Below the pieces are notes generated by a model. It had not been told where the DNA came from. It made no database searches and saw only the letters and a list, made by a program, of their open reading frames with translations. Position numbers and translations under genes: made by a program. This document shows positions 6,986-15,704 of a DNA stretch of 26,379 nt, piece by piece. Origin of the DNA: Tubiluchus corallicola (lineage: Eukaryota > Animalia > Priapulida); the NCBI GenBank assembly GCA_030141605.1, contig JAQGDQ010002467.1, positions 1 to 26,379 on the forward strand, given 5' to 3'. Position 1 is the first letter of the stretch; each line of letters begins with the position of its first letter.

Positions 6986-9900
6986 ATGAAGCAATTAAAC
7001 TCAAAAAAATTTCTGCTAATCTATGTTTGTGTTGTATTCTTCTCAATAAGTATCTCTGCACAAATAACGATTACTGGAGTAGTGAAAGACAAAAACGGAT
7101 CATTGCCGGGAGTAAATGTTATTGCAAAAGGAACATCTATTGGAACTATTACTTCTATCGAAGGGAACTATGAACTAACTGTACCTGACGAAACAACTAC
7201 GCTTGTCTATTCCTTTATTGGTCTGCAAACTTTAGAAGAGCCTATAAATGGAAGAACCAACATTAATATTACAATGAGTGGTGAGGATGTAGAGTTAGGA
7301 GAAGTGGTTGTAACAGCCTTAGGTATTAAAAAGGACGCAAAGGCTTTGGCTTATTCAACAGTACAAGTGGGTGGAGATGATATTGCAATCGTTAGAGATG
7401 CCAACCCTATAAATAATCTATCTGGACGAACAGCAGGTGTAGTAGTAAACCCTTCGGGTAGCGGTGCAGGAGGTTCAAGTAGGGTTACCATTCGTGGTAA
7501 TAGTTTTTTGAGCGGGAACAATCAACCTCTCTATGTAATAGATGGAGTACCTATGGACAACTTGGGGGAGGATACGGATGCTGGTCGCTGGGGGGGCGAA
7601 ATATTAGACTATGGAAACGGACTTTCTGATATTAACCCAGACGATATAGAATCTATATCTGTGCTTAAAGGACCTGCTGCCTCAGCTCTTTATGGATCAC
7701 GAGCAGGTAGTGGCGTAGTGATGATAACCACAAAAAGCGGTGTTGCCAAAGATAGATTGGGAATAGATGTTTATTCCAGTACCCAATTAGATGTTGTAAG
7801 ACCCTACTTAGAAATGCAAAATGAATATGGACAAGGTTCGGATGGAGTATTCGACCCAAATTCACAATTTAGCTGGGGTGCTCCTTTAGATGGCCATTTA
7901 GTAACCGACTGGACAGGTGAAAGCAATCCTTATGCTGCAAGGGATAATGACATTAGAGATTATCTGCAAATGGGCATAAATACTACCAATACAGTGAGTT
8001 TCACCAATGTTACGGACAAAGCTAATATAAGAGCATCTGTTGCCTACAATGAAATAAAGGGGACTGTTCCCACCAACAATTTGAAGAAACTTACTTCTTC
8101 TTTTCGTACAGAAACCCAACACAATCAAAACATAACTTCAGAGTTTAAAATTAATTATACCAATAGCAAGGGTGAAAATAGACCTAAATTAGGAGGAGAC
8201 CCTGATAACCCTTATCGTAACTATATTATGATGCCACGTAGTATTAGTTATTCAGACCTTGAGACAAACGTAAGAAACCCAGAGCCTGACTATAGCCCTA
8301 TGGCGTGGACAAATATAGGAAGAGGAGGATCTGTATATAATCCTTATTTTACAACAACTTATAATACAAACGAAGACGAAAGACACAGAGCAAATGGTTA
8401 TGGGAAATTGAAATTTGAACTTAACGACTGGCTTTCAGTTTATACAAAATACGGGATTGACTTTTATTCTTTTCGCACACAAAAACAATTAGGAACAGGT
8501 GTTACTTATTGGGAATCTAACATTGACTTATCACAAACACAGTCTATAGAGTCTAATTTCGAAAATTTATTGAGAATAAGCAACGACAATAAGCCAGAAG
8601 CAGAACTATCTTATGGGGTAAGTGCTGGAAGCAATTTGATGAACCAAAATTCTAATAGACAGTCTGCAAATGGAAGAAATTTTATTATCCCTGATTTTTA
8701 CTCTATTAACAACACTAAACAAGAAGACCAAACAGCTTCTCAAAGTACATATAATAAGTCGATAAATTCTGTTTTTGGAATACTTGACCTTGCTTATGCA
8801 AACACTTTATTTATGGAAGCTACATTTAGAAACGACTGGTCATCTACATTGCCAAAGGAAAACAGGTCTTACTTTTATCCTTCTATTGGACTAAGCTGGG
8901 TTGTTAATCAAACTTTTGATTTACCAAGCGTAATTAGTTTTGCAAAAATTAGAACTTCATTTGCCGAAGTAGGAAACGACACTGATCCTTATCAGTTAGC
9001 TGAAACATATGGTATGGATGCTAATGGAAATGCAATTCCCCCAGATACCAAGTTCAACGAAGATATAAAATCAGAAAGGTTGCAATCAGTAGAATTAGGG
9101 GCTGATATTAAAATGTTTGTTAATAGATTAGGTATAGATTTCACTTATTATAACAATAGTGCGATAGACCAAATAATAAAACTGCCTGTAGACCCTTCTT
9201 TAGAAGGCTATAAATATAAAATGATTAATGCAGGAAATATTACTAATAAGGGTTACGAATTAGTTTTATATGGCGATATAATTAAAAATAACAGATTTAA
9301 CTTGGGAATGAGCTTTAATTGGGCGAAGAATATAAATGAAATAGTTGAATTGCACCCTGAAGTAGACCAATATATGCTTAATGACTTTGGAAGTGTTCAG
9401 GTAGTAGCAGAAGAAGGCGGGGCTTTTGGTGATATGTATGGCTATACATTTAAAAGGGATGAGCAAGGAAACTTAATATTAAATGATGACGGTTTATTTC
9501 AACAAAGCGATGAAAGAGTTAAAGTAGGGAATATATTGCCTGATTGGACTGCGGGGCTTTCTATAAATTTTTCATACAACAATGAGAAAATCGGACAATT
9601 TAGGCTTAACGTATTATTTGATATGCAAAAAGGAGGTGATATTTACTCAACAACACAAGCAACTGCAGCTAGTTATGGAACAAGTGCAATTACTGCAGAA
9701 AATGGCAGACAAGATTATACAATTACAGGAGTTGATGCTAATGGAAACCCTGTTACTTCTACCGTATCAGCTCAAGCATATTGGTCAACAATGTCTGGGA
9801 TAAGTAGCGAATGGATTTACGATGCTACAGAAATTAACCTCAGAGAAATAACACTTTCATATGTTGTTCCTAAAAGCTTTTTAACAGATTTTGCCAATAA

Positions 9901-10072
9901 TGCCTTTAAAGATGTAGTTCTTAGTTTTGTAGCAAGAAATATTGCCACATTTGGAAGCAACCTTAATGGAGTGCCTCCTTCAACTTATACTACTTCAAAT
10001 GCACAAGGAGTAGAATCGTTCCCAAGTCCAAGAACTTGCACTTTAGGATTTAACGCCAGATTTAGTTTTTAA
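6986..10072 (+). CDS. susC: SusC/RagA family TonB-dependent outer-membrane transporter
   Basis: Signal peptide, N-terminal extension (LPGVNVIAKGT..GT.T), EVVVTALGI, plug motifs NNQPLYVIDGVP and INPDDIESISVLKGPAASALYGSRAG.GV.MITTK, RNDWSSTLP..NRSYFYPS and a C-terminal Phe. Confidence 0.96.
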   Translation: MKQLNSKKFLLIYVCVVFFSISISAQITITGVVKDKNGSLPGVNVIAKGTSIGTITSIEGNYELTVPDETTTLVYSFIGLQTLEEPINGRTNINITMSGEDVELGEVVVTALGIKKDAKALAYSTVQVGGDDIAIVRDANPINNLSGRTAGVVVNPSGSGAGGSSRVTIRGNSFLSGNNQPLYVIDGVPMDNLGEDTDAGRWGGEILDYGNGLSDINPDDIESISVLKGPAASALYGSRAGSGVVMITTKSGVAKDRLGIDVYSSTQLDVVRPYLEMQNEYGQGSDGVFDPNSQFSWGAPLDGHLVTDWTGESNPYAARDNDIRDYLQMGINTTNTVSFTNVTDKANIRASVAYNEIKGTVPTNNLKKLTSSFRTETQHNQNITSEFKINYTNSKGENRPKLGGDPDNPYRNYIMMPRSISYSDLETNVRNPEPDYSPMAWTNIGRGGSVYNPYFTTTYNTNEDERHRANGYGKLKFELNDWLSVYTKYGIDFYSFRTQKQLGTGVTYWESNIDLSQTQSIESNFENLLRISNDNKPEAELSYGVSAGSNLMNQNSNRQSANGRNFIIPDFYSINNTKQEDQTASQSTYNKSINSVFGILDLAYANTLFMEATFRNDWSSTLPKENRSYFYPSIGLSWVVNQTFDLPSVISFAKIRTSFAEVGNDTDPYQLAETYGMDANGNAIPPDTKFNEDIKSERLQSVELGADIKMFVNRLGIDFTYYNNSAIDQIIKLPVDPSLEGYKYKMINAGNITNKGYELVLYGDIIKNNRFNLGMSFNWAKNINEIVELHPEVDQYMLNDFGSVQVVAEEGGAFGDMYGYTFKRDEQGNLILNDDGLFQQSDERVKVGNILPDWTAGLSINFSYNNEKIGQFRLNVLFDMQKGGDIYSTTQATAASYGTSAITAENGRQDYTITGVDANGNPVTSTVSAQAYWSTMSGISSEWIYDATEINLREITLSYVVPKSFLTDFANNAFKDVVLSFVARNIATFGSNLNGVPPSTYTTSNAQGVESFPSPRTCTLGFNARFSF

Positions 10073-10092
10073 TTAATTAAATAGCAGAAATT

Positions 10093-11637
10093 ATGAAAAA
10101 ATATATATTATTATTTACAACATTTTTATTCTTAACTTTTTGCAATAACTTCGATGAGTTAAATATAAACCCTAACGACCCAAGTAGTGATGATATACCT
10201 CCTCGTCGTATATTGGGTAGGATATTAAAACAATCTACGCTTACTTTTCATCTCCATCAGCGAATACATAATTTGTATGCAGACCAGTTTTCTCAATATT
10301 ATATGGCTCCTCGCTATTCTACTTATGAATACCGTTCAATAGACAGCTGGATCACAGATTATTGGAACGAACATTATGGATGGTTCCACAATTTAGGTAA
10401 ATTGCTGGAAGAACCAGAAACAGGTAATTTCACAATCAACGATAAGCAATTAGTTCGTATATGGCGAGTATGGATAACACATAGGGCTGTAGATTTAATG
10501 GGAGATATTCCCTACTTTAACAACGAGGGGGTATATGATTCGGAAGAAAATATCTATAAAGATATGCTGGATGAGTTGGAAGATGCAGCTTCAATGTTTG
10601 ATGATCAGAAGGATATATACACAGACCAATTTACTCTAAAATATGACAATGTTAATTTATGGAAAAAATTTGCAAATTCCTTAAGATTAAGATTGGCAAT
10701 GAGACTGACAAACGTAGACTCAGATCTAGCAAAAAATCACGCAGAAGGAGCAGTAAAAGGTGGTGTACTTGAGCTTAATGAAGAAACACCCTATATGCCT
10801 CCCTCAGGTGTGTGGGGAGAAGGGTATAGCTATTATATGTACCTTGGGTGGGGAGGTAACGGATTGGTTTTGAGTAAAAATGCAGACGACATAATGCAAG
10901 GTATTGGAGGGATTGGATTTAATAAAAATGATGTAGACAGTGTGAAATATGGAAAATACCCTGAGGTGATAGACCCAAGAGCCACCATAATATTTAATTC
11001 AACTTCTAAATATAGTGACATAGAAGAAGAACTAAAATATAGATCTATATGGAGCAGCGTTCCTATGGGATTATCTGTTGAAGATAAAAACTCTCTTGAA
11101 TATCAAGATCACAACAACTCTCGTATAAATAAAACATTGCAAAATCCTAACAGAGACTTTACAGTAATGCCCGTTGCAGAGGTATGGTTTTTGAGGGCAG
11201 AGGGAGCAACATATGGCTGGGATATGGATGTTAGCACGAAAGATGCCTATGAAAAGGGGGTGAAAACTTCTTTTGAGTATTGGGGATTAGAAGAAAGTTT
11301 GGCAAATACTTATCTTGCTTCTAAAGAACAAAATAACTATAATATTTCTGCAAATTGGGAGGATGTCAACGGCGGAGGAGCCTTAGAAAAAATTATCACT
11401 CAAAAATATATTGGAGGATATCCTGACAATAGCTTCGAAGCTTGGGCTGACCTAAGAAGATTAGAGTTGCCCGAAATGGATTTTGGCAGCCAGTTCAATA
11501 CTAGTGTTCCTGCTGGCAAGGTGATACAGAGAGTAAGGTACCCTTCAGTTCAAGCTATTCTCAATGCGGAAAATTATAGCCAAGTATCTGCGAATGATAA
11601 TGAAGGTAGAAAGCATTGGTGGTCAAAACAAGACTAA
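10093..11637 (+). CDS. susD: SusD/RagB family nutrient-binding lipoprotein
   Basis: Directly after susC. C-NNFDELNINPN start, D..GDIPY, WKKFANSLRLRLAMRL, AEVWFLRAE, LEKIITQKYI, EAWADLRR, R.RYP and terminal WW motifs. Confidence 0.93.
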   Translation: MKKYILLFTTFLFLTFCNNFDELNINPNDPSSDDIPPRRILGRILKQSTLTFHLHQRIHNLYADQFSQYYMAPRYSTYEYRSIDSWITDYWNEHYGWFHNLGKLLEEPETGNFTINDKQLVRIWRVWITHRAVDLMGDIPYFNNEGVYDSEENIYKDMLDELEDAASMFDDQKDIYTDQFTLKYDNVNLWKKFANSLRLRLAMRLTNVDSDLAKNHAEGAVKGGVLELNEETPYMPPSGVWGEGYSYYMYLGWGGNGLVLSKNADDIMQGIGGIGFNKNDVDSVKYGKYPEVIDPRATIIFNSTSKYSDIEEELKYRSIWSSVPMGLSVEDKNSLEYQDHNNSRINKTLQNPNRDFTVMPVAEVWFLRAEGATYGWDMDVSTKDAYEKGVKTSFEYWGLEESLANTYLASKEQNNYNISANWEDVNGGGALEKIITQKYIGGYPDNSFEAWADLRRLELPEMDFGSQFNTSVPAGKVIQRVRYPSVQAILNAENYSQVSANDNEGRKHWWSKQD

Positions 11638-11663
11638 TAGATAAAGTTAAGTAACATTATTTT

Positions 11664-11693
11664 AATATGCCCGTTCTTGAACGGGCATATTTT
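11664..11693 (+). terminator. Stem-loop between susD and the hydrolase (internal terminator or mRNA-stabilising hairpin)
   Basis: AATATGCCCGTTC-TT-GAACGGGCATATT, a perfect 13-bp inverted repeat ending in a short T run. Confidence 0.75.
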
Positions 11694-11734
11694 AAAAATA
11701 GAGTATAACAAATTAATTTTACAAGAAATAAGAT

Positions 11735-12829
11735 ATGAGATTTATTGTAGCGTTTATTGTTCTGGTAGTGGCTGCATCTTGTTGCCATAAAACAAAACAA
11801 TGCGAAAAGAAAATGTCGGAAGAATTTAAGTATTATGTATGGCATACTATGTCGGGCGATATAGAAAAAAGAAGTGAAAAATCGCAAATAGATTCTTTGT
11901 TGAGTGAGGTAAAGAATGCAGGGCTGAATGGTATATTTGTAAATGGAACTGTAGAAGATGTGGAAAAGATAGCAGCAAGGGCAAAACATTACAATATTGA
12001 AGTGCATGCCTGGGTTTGGACATTGAACAGACCGGGAGACGCTACTGCTATGAAACACCCTGAGTGGTACTCAGTAAATAGAAATGGACAAAACTCCTTA
12101 GAGTACAATCCTTATGTAGACTACTACCAATGGCTTTCTCCATTTCACCCAGAAGCAAGGGAATATATCAAAAAAAATATGGAGAGCTATGCTAAAATAG
12201 AAGGGCTTACCTCTGTACATTTAGACTATGTAAGGTTTTGTGACGTTATTTTACCAGTTGGCTTGCAGCCCAAATACAATTTAACCCAAAATTATGAAAT
12301 GCCCGAATATGATTATGGATACCATCCCATCGCAAGAGAAGGATATAAAAAAATGTTTGGAATAGACCCAATGGATATGAAAAGTCCTTCTACAAGTAGC
12401 GAGTGGCGACAATATAGGTTAAATGCTGTTACTTCGCTGGTAAATGAAATAGCAACCGTTGTACATAGCCATAATAAAAAGCTGACTGCAGCAGTATTTC
12501 CTTTTCCCGAAATGTCGCGTAGCATGGTAAGGCAAGAGTGGAGCTATTGGAACTTGGATGGTGTACTGCCAATGCTGTATAACAATTTTTATAATAAAGA
12601 CATTCCTTGGATAGGTTTTTGCGTAAAACAAGGCGTACGAGACATAAATAACAGGTTTCCTATATATAGCGGAGTATTCCTTCCTGAACTTACTCCAAAG
12701 GAGCTAAAAGACGCAATAATTACTTCCAAAGAAAATGGAGCCAAAGGTATTTCTCTTTTTTCTTTAAGTGCATTGAAACAAGAGCACATAGAAATTTTAA
12801 AAGCAATGAAAAAGGAAATAAACAAATAG
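11735..12829 (+). CDS. Putative glycoside hydrolase lipoprotein, GHL10 (DUF187/YddW-like) TIM-barrel family
   Basis: Lipobox AAS-C; IEVHAW, HPEW, P.HPE.REYI, VHLDYVRF.D, W.QYR...VT..V, LTAAVFP, RQ.W..W and PMLY motifs typical of GHL10-like proteins. Confidence 0.78.
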   Translation: MRFIVAFIVLVVAASCCHKTKQCEKKMSEEFKYYVWHTMSGDIEKRSEKSQIDSLLSEVKNAGLNGIFVNGTVEDVEKIAARAKHYNIEVHAWVWTLNRPGDATAMKHPEWYSVNRNGQNSLEYNPYVDYYQWLSPFHPEAREYIKKNMESYAKIEGLTSVHLDYVRFCDVILPVGLQPKYNLTQNYEMPEYDYGYHPIAREGYKKMFGIDPMDMKSPSTSSEWRQYRLNAVTSLVNEIATVVHSHNKKLTAAVFPFPEMSRSMVRQEWSYWNLDGVLPMLYNNFYNKDIPWIGFCVKQGVRDINNRFPIYSGVFLPELTPKELKDAIITSKENGAKGISLFSLSALKQEHIEILKAMKKEINK

Positions 12830-13029
12830 CAACAGAAAGACAACACACAATCTTAGAAACTAATAAATACTATCTTTTATTAGCGAATACTATACACCTT
12901 TACAACAGAGAATTACTAACTGTAAAGAATAGTTAATACTTTGAAAGACACATAAGAGAAAAATTACTACACCCAAGTAATTTGAGATAAGCTATATGCT
13001 ATAATTTTAATAAGAACAGTTACTTAAAC

Positions 13030-13890
13030 TTATAAAACAGCCCTTAGCACCCTTATCCCTGTTTGCGTTTTATGACTTTTCAAATAATCAACCAAAGGTT
13101 TAGCAGAAATTACCACCTTATCATATGTAGAAGATGCATGCAATAAATGCAGCCTGTCGCCCTGGTGCAAAGCAAACCCCACATGAGTTATATCCAATCC
13201 CTTTATAGAAGTAGTAATAGCAATAATATCTCCATCTTGTATCTTGCTTTCTACCTTATCTATTTCCTCCTGAGGGATATAATAACGCTCATACTCATTT
13301 ATTTTTTCCTCTTGCTTCTTTATTTTCTCTAGTTTTTTCACATCTTTTAATGGCACGTATTTATGTTTATTTTTTGACATATAAAAAATGGGGGCTTCCC
13401 ACTTGTCCCCTCCCAAAGCCTTTGTAACCTCTCTTACAAAGCCTTTTTGTTCATTGTCATAAATCCAATCTGAAAAATAATGCAGCCGAGATGGATAACC
13501 ATCCAAAACCCCTCCCCTATATCTTATTTTTTTCAAATTCTCTAAAAAAACGTGGAAATCTATATTTTGTTTTTGTAGGCCTGCAGAAATCGCTAAAACC
13601 ATCTCTGTATAAGTAACACAATCTACCGCCCTAAAATCTGCAATAACCTTTTCCTCACCTACGCTCTTCTCCCCCATTTTCCGATAAGAAGCATATAAGA
13701 AGCATTGAGCAATATCTATTATTTTATTTCTCCCTCTCATTTGCTCTAAAATAGAACTGAAAATAACTGAATCCATCTTTGTATACACATACTTTTCTTT
13801 TAGTAAAAATTCTTTATTCTGCCCTTGATTATTGTTGCTAAGTCCGATAACGACTATTAGCAATAAAAATATTTTTAAAAAAGAGTTCAT
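13030..13890 (-). CDS. DUF1460 / N-acetylmuramoyl-L-alanine amidase-like protein (NlpC/P60 papain-like)
   Basis: Signal peptide; DCVTYTE (catalytic Cys), IRYRGG...YPSRLHYFSDW, IQDGDIIAITT, LDITHVG (catalytic His), LLHASS and GIRVLR motifs. Confidence 0.88.
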   Translation of the reverse strand: MNSFLKIFLLLIVVIGLSNNNQGQNKEFLLKEKYVYTKMDSVIFSSILEQMRGRNKIIDIAQCFLYASYRKMGEKSVGEEKVIADFRAVDCVTYTEMVLAISAGLQKQNIDFHVFLENLKKIRYRGGVLDGYPSRLHYFSDWIYDNEQKGFVREVTKALGGDKWEAPIFYMSKNKHKYVPLKDVKKLEKIKKQEEKINEYERYYIPQEEIDKVESKIQDGDIIAITTSIKGLDITHVGFALHQGDRLHLLHASSTYDKVVISAKPLVDYLKSHKTQTGIRVLRAVL

Positions 13891-14069
13891 ATTTCTATCT
13901 ACTTATTATAAAAAAAGACTTATCTTTTGTATTGATTAAATATAAATATATATTTTTACACACCGAATATTAGTATTTAACGTTAAAAAAATATCTCCTA
14001 TCCTAAATCTTGCCATAACAAAAATCACATTAAACTTTTACCAATATAAGAAATAAAATTTAATGTGTT

Positions 14070-14498
14070 ATGTTACAAGAAGAATTAGAACTAAACCAAG
14101 ATAGAGAAATGTTGCGAAATGAGGCTATTAGCAATAAAATAAATCAAATGAAAAGAAATATTAGCCAGAAAGATGATAAGATATACAAGTTAAAATCCTC
14201 CAACTACATTCTTTACACATTGCTCTTTATCATAATTTTGGGTATTATTGCCAATTATCTTGGCTTTTTCAACAACACTGCACTTTCGAATGATGATATC
14301 CTCAATAAAGAATTTGTAAAACTTCAACCCACCAAAGGCAGTGAAACTAGTTATTTTATTTTTGGAAAAGTCAGTTCCTACAAAGATGCTCTTGCATTTC
14401 AAGAAAAAATACGACAAATGGAAATAGAAGTTCCATACCTTATCGTTTCAAACAAAGGAGAAGATATTTTCATAAAAAAAATAGACAATACTCAATAA
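14070..14498 (+). CDS. Hypothetical bitopic membrane protein: coiled coil, one TM helix, C-terminal SPOR-like domain
   Basis: N-terminal heptad-rich segment, TM helix YILYTLLFIIILGIIANYLGFF, and C-terminal YFIFGKVSSYKDALAFQEKIRQMEIEVPYLIVSNKGEDI resembling a beta-alpha-beta SPOR repeat. Confidence 0.55.
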   Translation: MLQEELELNQDREMLRNEAISNKINQMKRNISQKDDKIYKLKSSNYILYTLLFIIILGIIANYLGFFNNTALSNDDILNKEFVKLQPTKGSETSYFIFGKVSSYKDALAFQEKIRQMEIEVPYLIVSNKGEDIFIKKIDNTQ

Positions 14499-14512
14499 AA
14501 ATAATCTTTTAT

Positions 14513-14598
14513 TTTTGGCGATAATTCATTGCCAAAATAAGCTAGCTTATATTAAACATAGGTAATTATATACAAATATATTATTACCTAAATTTTTT
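14513..14598. terminator. Cluster of hairpins between convergent genes
   Basis: TTTTGGCGAT/ATTGCCAAAA (14513-14537), perfect palindrome ATAAGCTAGCTTAT (14537-14550), and a 13/14-bp stem TAGGTAAT...ATTACCTA (14559-14590) followed by a T tract. Confidence 0.5.
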
Positions 14599-14630
14599 AA
14601 TTACAGGTTCTTGTTTTATAGGTATTTAAT

Positions 14631-15380
14631 TTAAGGCTTATATGTTTTAAGCAAAAAAATTTCTCCATCAAATACTCCATAGGTATTCTGCACTATCCAA
14701 TCCCCCAAATTTACAAAAACAGATGAATCCGAGATATTAACATTGATAGCAAGATGTCTATGCCCAAAAACAAAATAGTCATAATGCTCCTTCTCCAACA
14801 ACTCTTTAGCAAACATATACAACCATTCTTTTTCAATACTACTGTGCAAAGGAATTGTCAATCCATGCATTTTTCTTCTACTCGACGACCACTTGTGTGC
14901 GAACCAAATACCTACATTAGGATGAAAGCCTTTGAATATCCATTGTGCTATTTTGTTGGTAAATACTTTACGTAAAAGTTTATATCCTGTGTCAAATTTA
15001 CTAAGACCATCCCCGTGAGCAAGATAAAACTTTTTGCCTAACAAGTTTGCTACCACTGGTTGTCTGTGTATAATTACCCCTATTTCCTTAGGAAGATAAT
15101 CAAAAGCCCAAAGATCGTGATTGCCCGTAAAAAAATGAACAGGAATACCACTGTCTGTTATCTCACATATTTTGCCAAGGAGTCGGGTAAAACCTTTGGG
15201 TATAACTGTCTTATATTCAAACCAAAAATCAAAAATATCGCCCAACAAATATATTTCTTTAGCATCTTCTTTAATGGTATCTAACCAACCGACAAACAAC
15301 TTTTCTCTTTCTCTATTGTTGTTGAATGCCTTGCAACCAAGATGCACATCAGATGCAAAATATATTTTGGAACGTTCCAT
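14631..15380 (-). CDS. lpxH: UDP-2,3-diacylglucosamine diphosphatase
   Basis: Metallophosphoesterase motifs ASDVHLG, LLGDIFDFWFE, GNHDLW, AHGDG, GHRH and NLGDW. ATG at 15380 is preferred over TTG at 15389. Confidence 0.9.
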   Translation of the reverse strand: MERSKIYFASDVHLGCKAFNNNREREKLFVGWLDTIKEDAKEIYLLGDIFDFWFEYKTVIPKGFTRLLGKICEITDSGIPVHFFTGNHDLWAFDYLPKEIGVIIHRQPVVANLLGKKFYLAHGDGLSKFDTGYKLLRKVFTNKIAQWIFKGFHPNVGIWFAHKWSSSRRKMHGLTIPLHSSIEKEWLYMFAKELLEKEHYDYFVFGHRHLAINVNISDSSVFVNLGDWIVQNTYGVFDGEIFLLKTYKP

Positions 15381-15403
15381 TTTAACCAACGACTAAATTT
15401 TTA

Positions 15404-15411
15404 CAAAGTTA
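15404..15411 (-). promoter_or_regulatory. -7 promoter element for lpxH
   Basis: Minus-strand TAacTTTG, 23 nt upstream of the ATG; no clear -33 box. Confidence 0.55.
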
Positions 15412-15640
15412 CAGTATTTTATAAACTAATATTGTTTTTAACATTTATATCTAATATTAAAATGTAAAACGTATGTTTAGCCTTTTATGGAAAAAAATAA
15501 TAGAATAAAATACCTATTATCTTTACAAACTAAGGAGCAACTTATAGTGGTAAAAGAAAAACAATTTGTATTTTTTATGCCTCTCTGCTTTCTTACACTT
15601 ATAATAGAAATAGTCTGTTTAAAAAACTTCCTGACAATAT

Positions 15641-15673
15641 AAAAAAACAAGGACAGGTAGCTACCTGTCCTTG
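15641..15673 (-). terminator. Rho-independent terminator of glnN
   Basis: Perfect 26-bp palindrome CAAGGACAGGTAGCTACCTGTCCTTG (15648-15673) followed on the minus strand by a T run. Confidence 0.88.
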
Positions 15674-15704
15674 CCAATCACATAACAATCGAATTATCTG
15701 ACTA

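Noticed and set aside
12980-13007. dif-like sequence ATTTGAGATAA-GCTATA near the start of the skew change
   Set aside because: Only one imperfect arm; the opposite arm does not fit XerC/XerD symmetry.
15648-15673. 26-bp perfect palindrome as a recombination or operator site
   Set aside because: Its position just after the glnN stop, with a minus-strand T tract, is fully explained by an intrinsic terminator.
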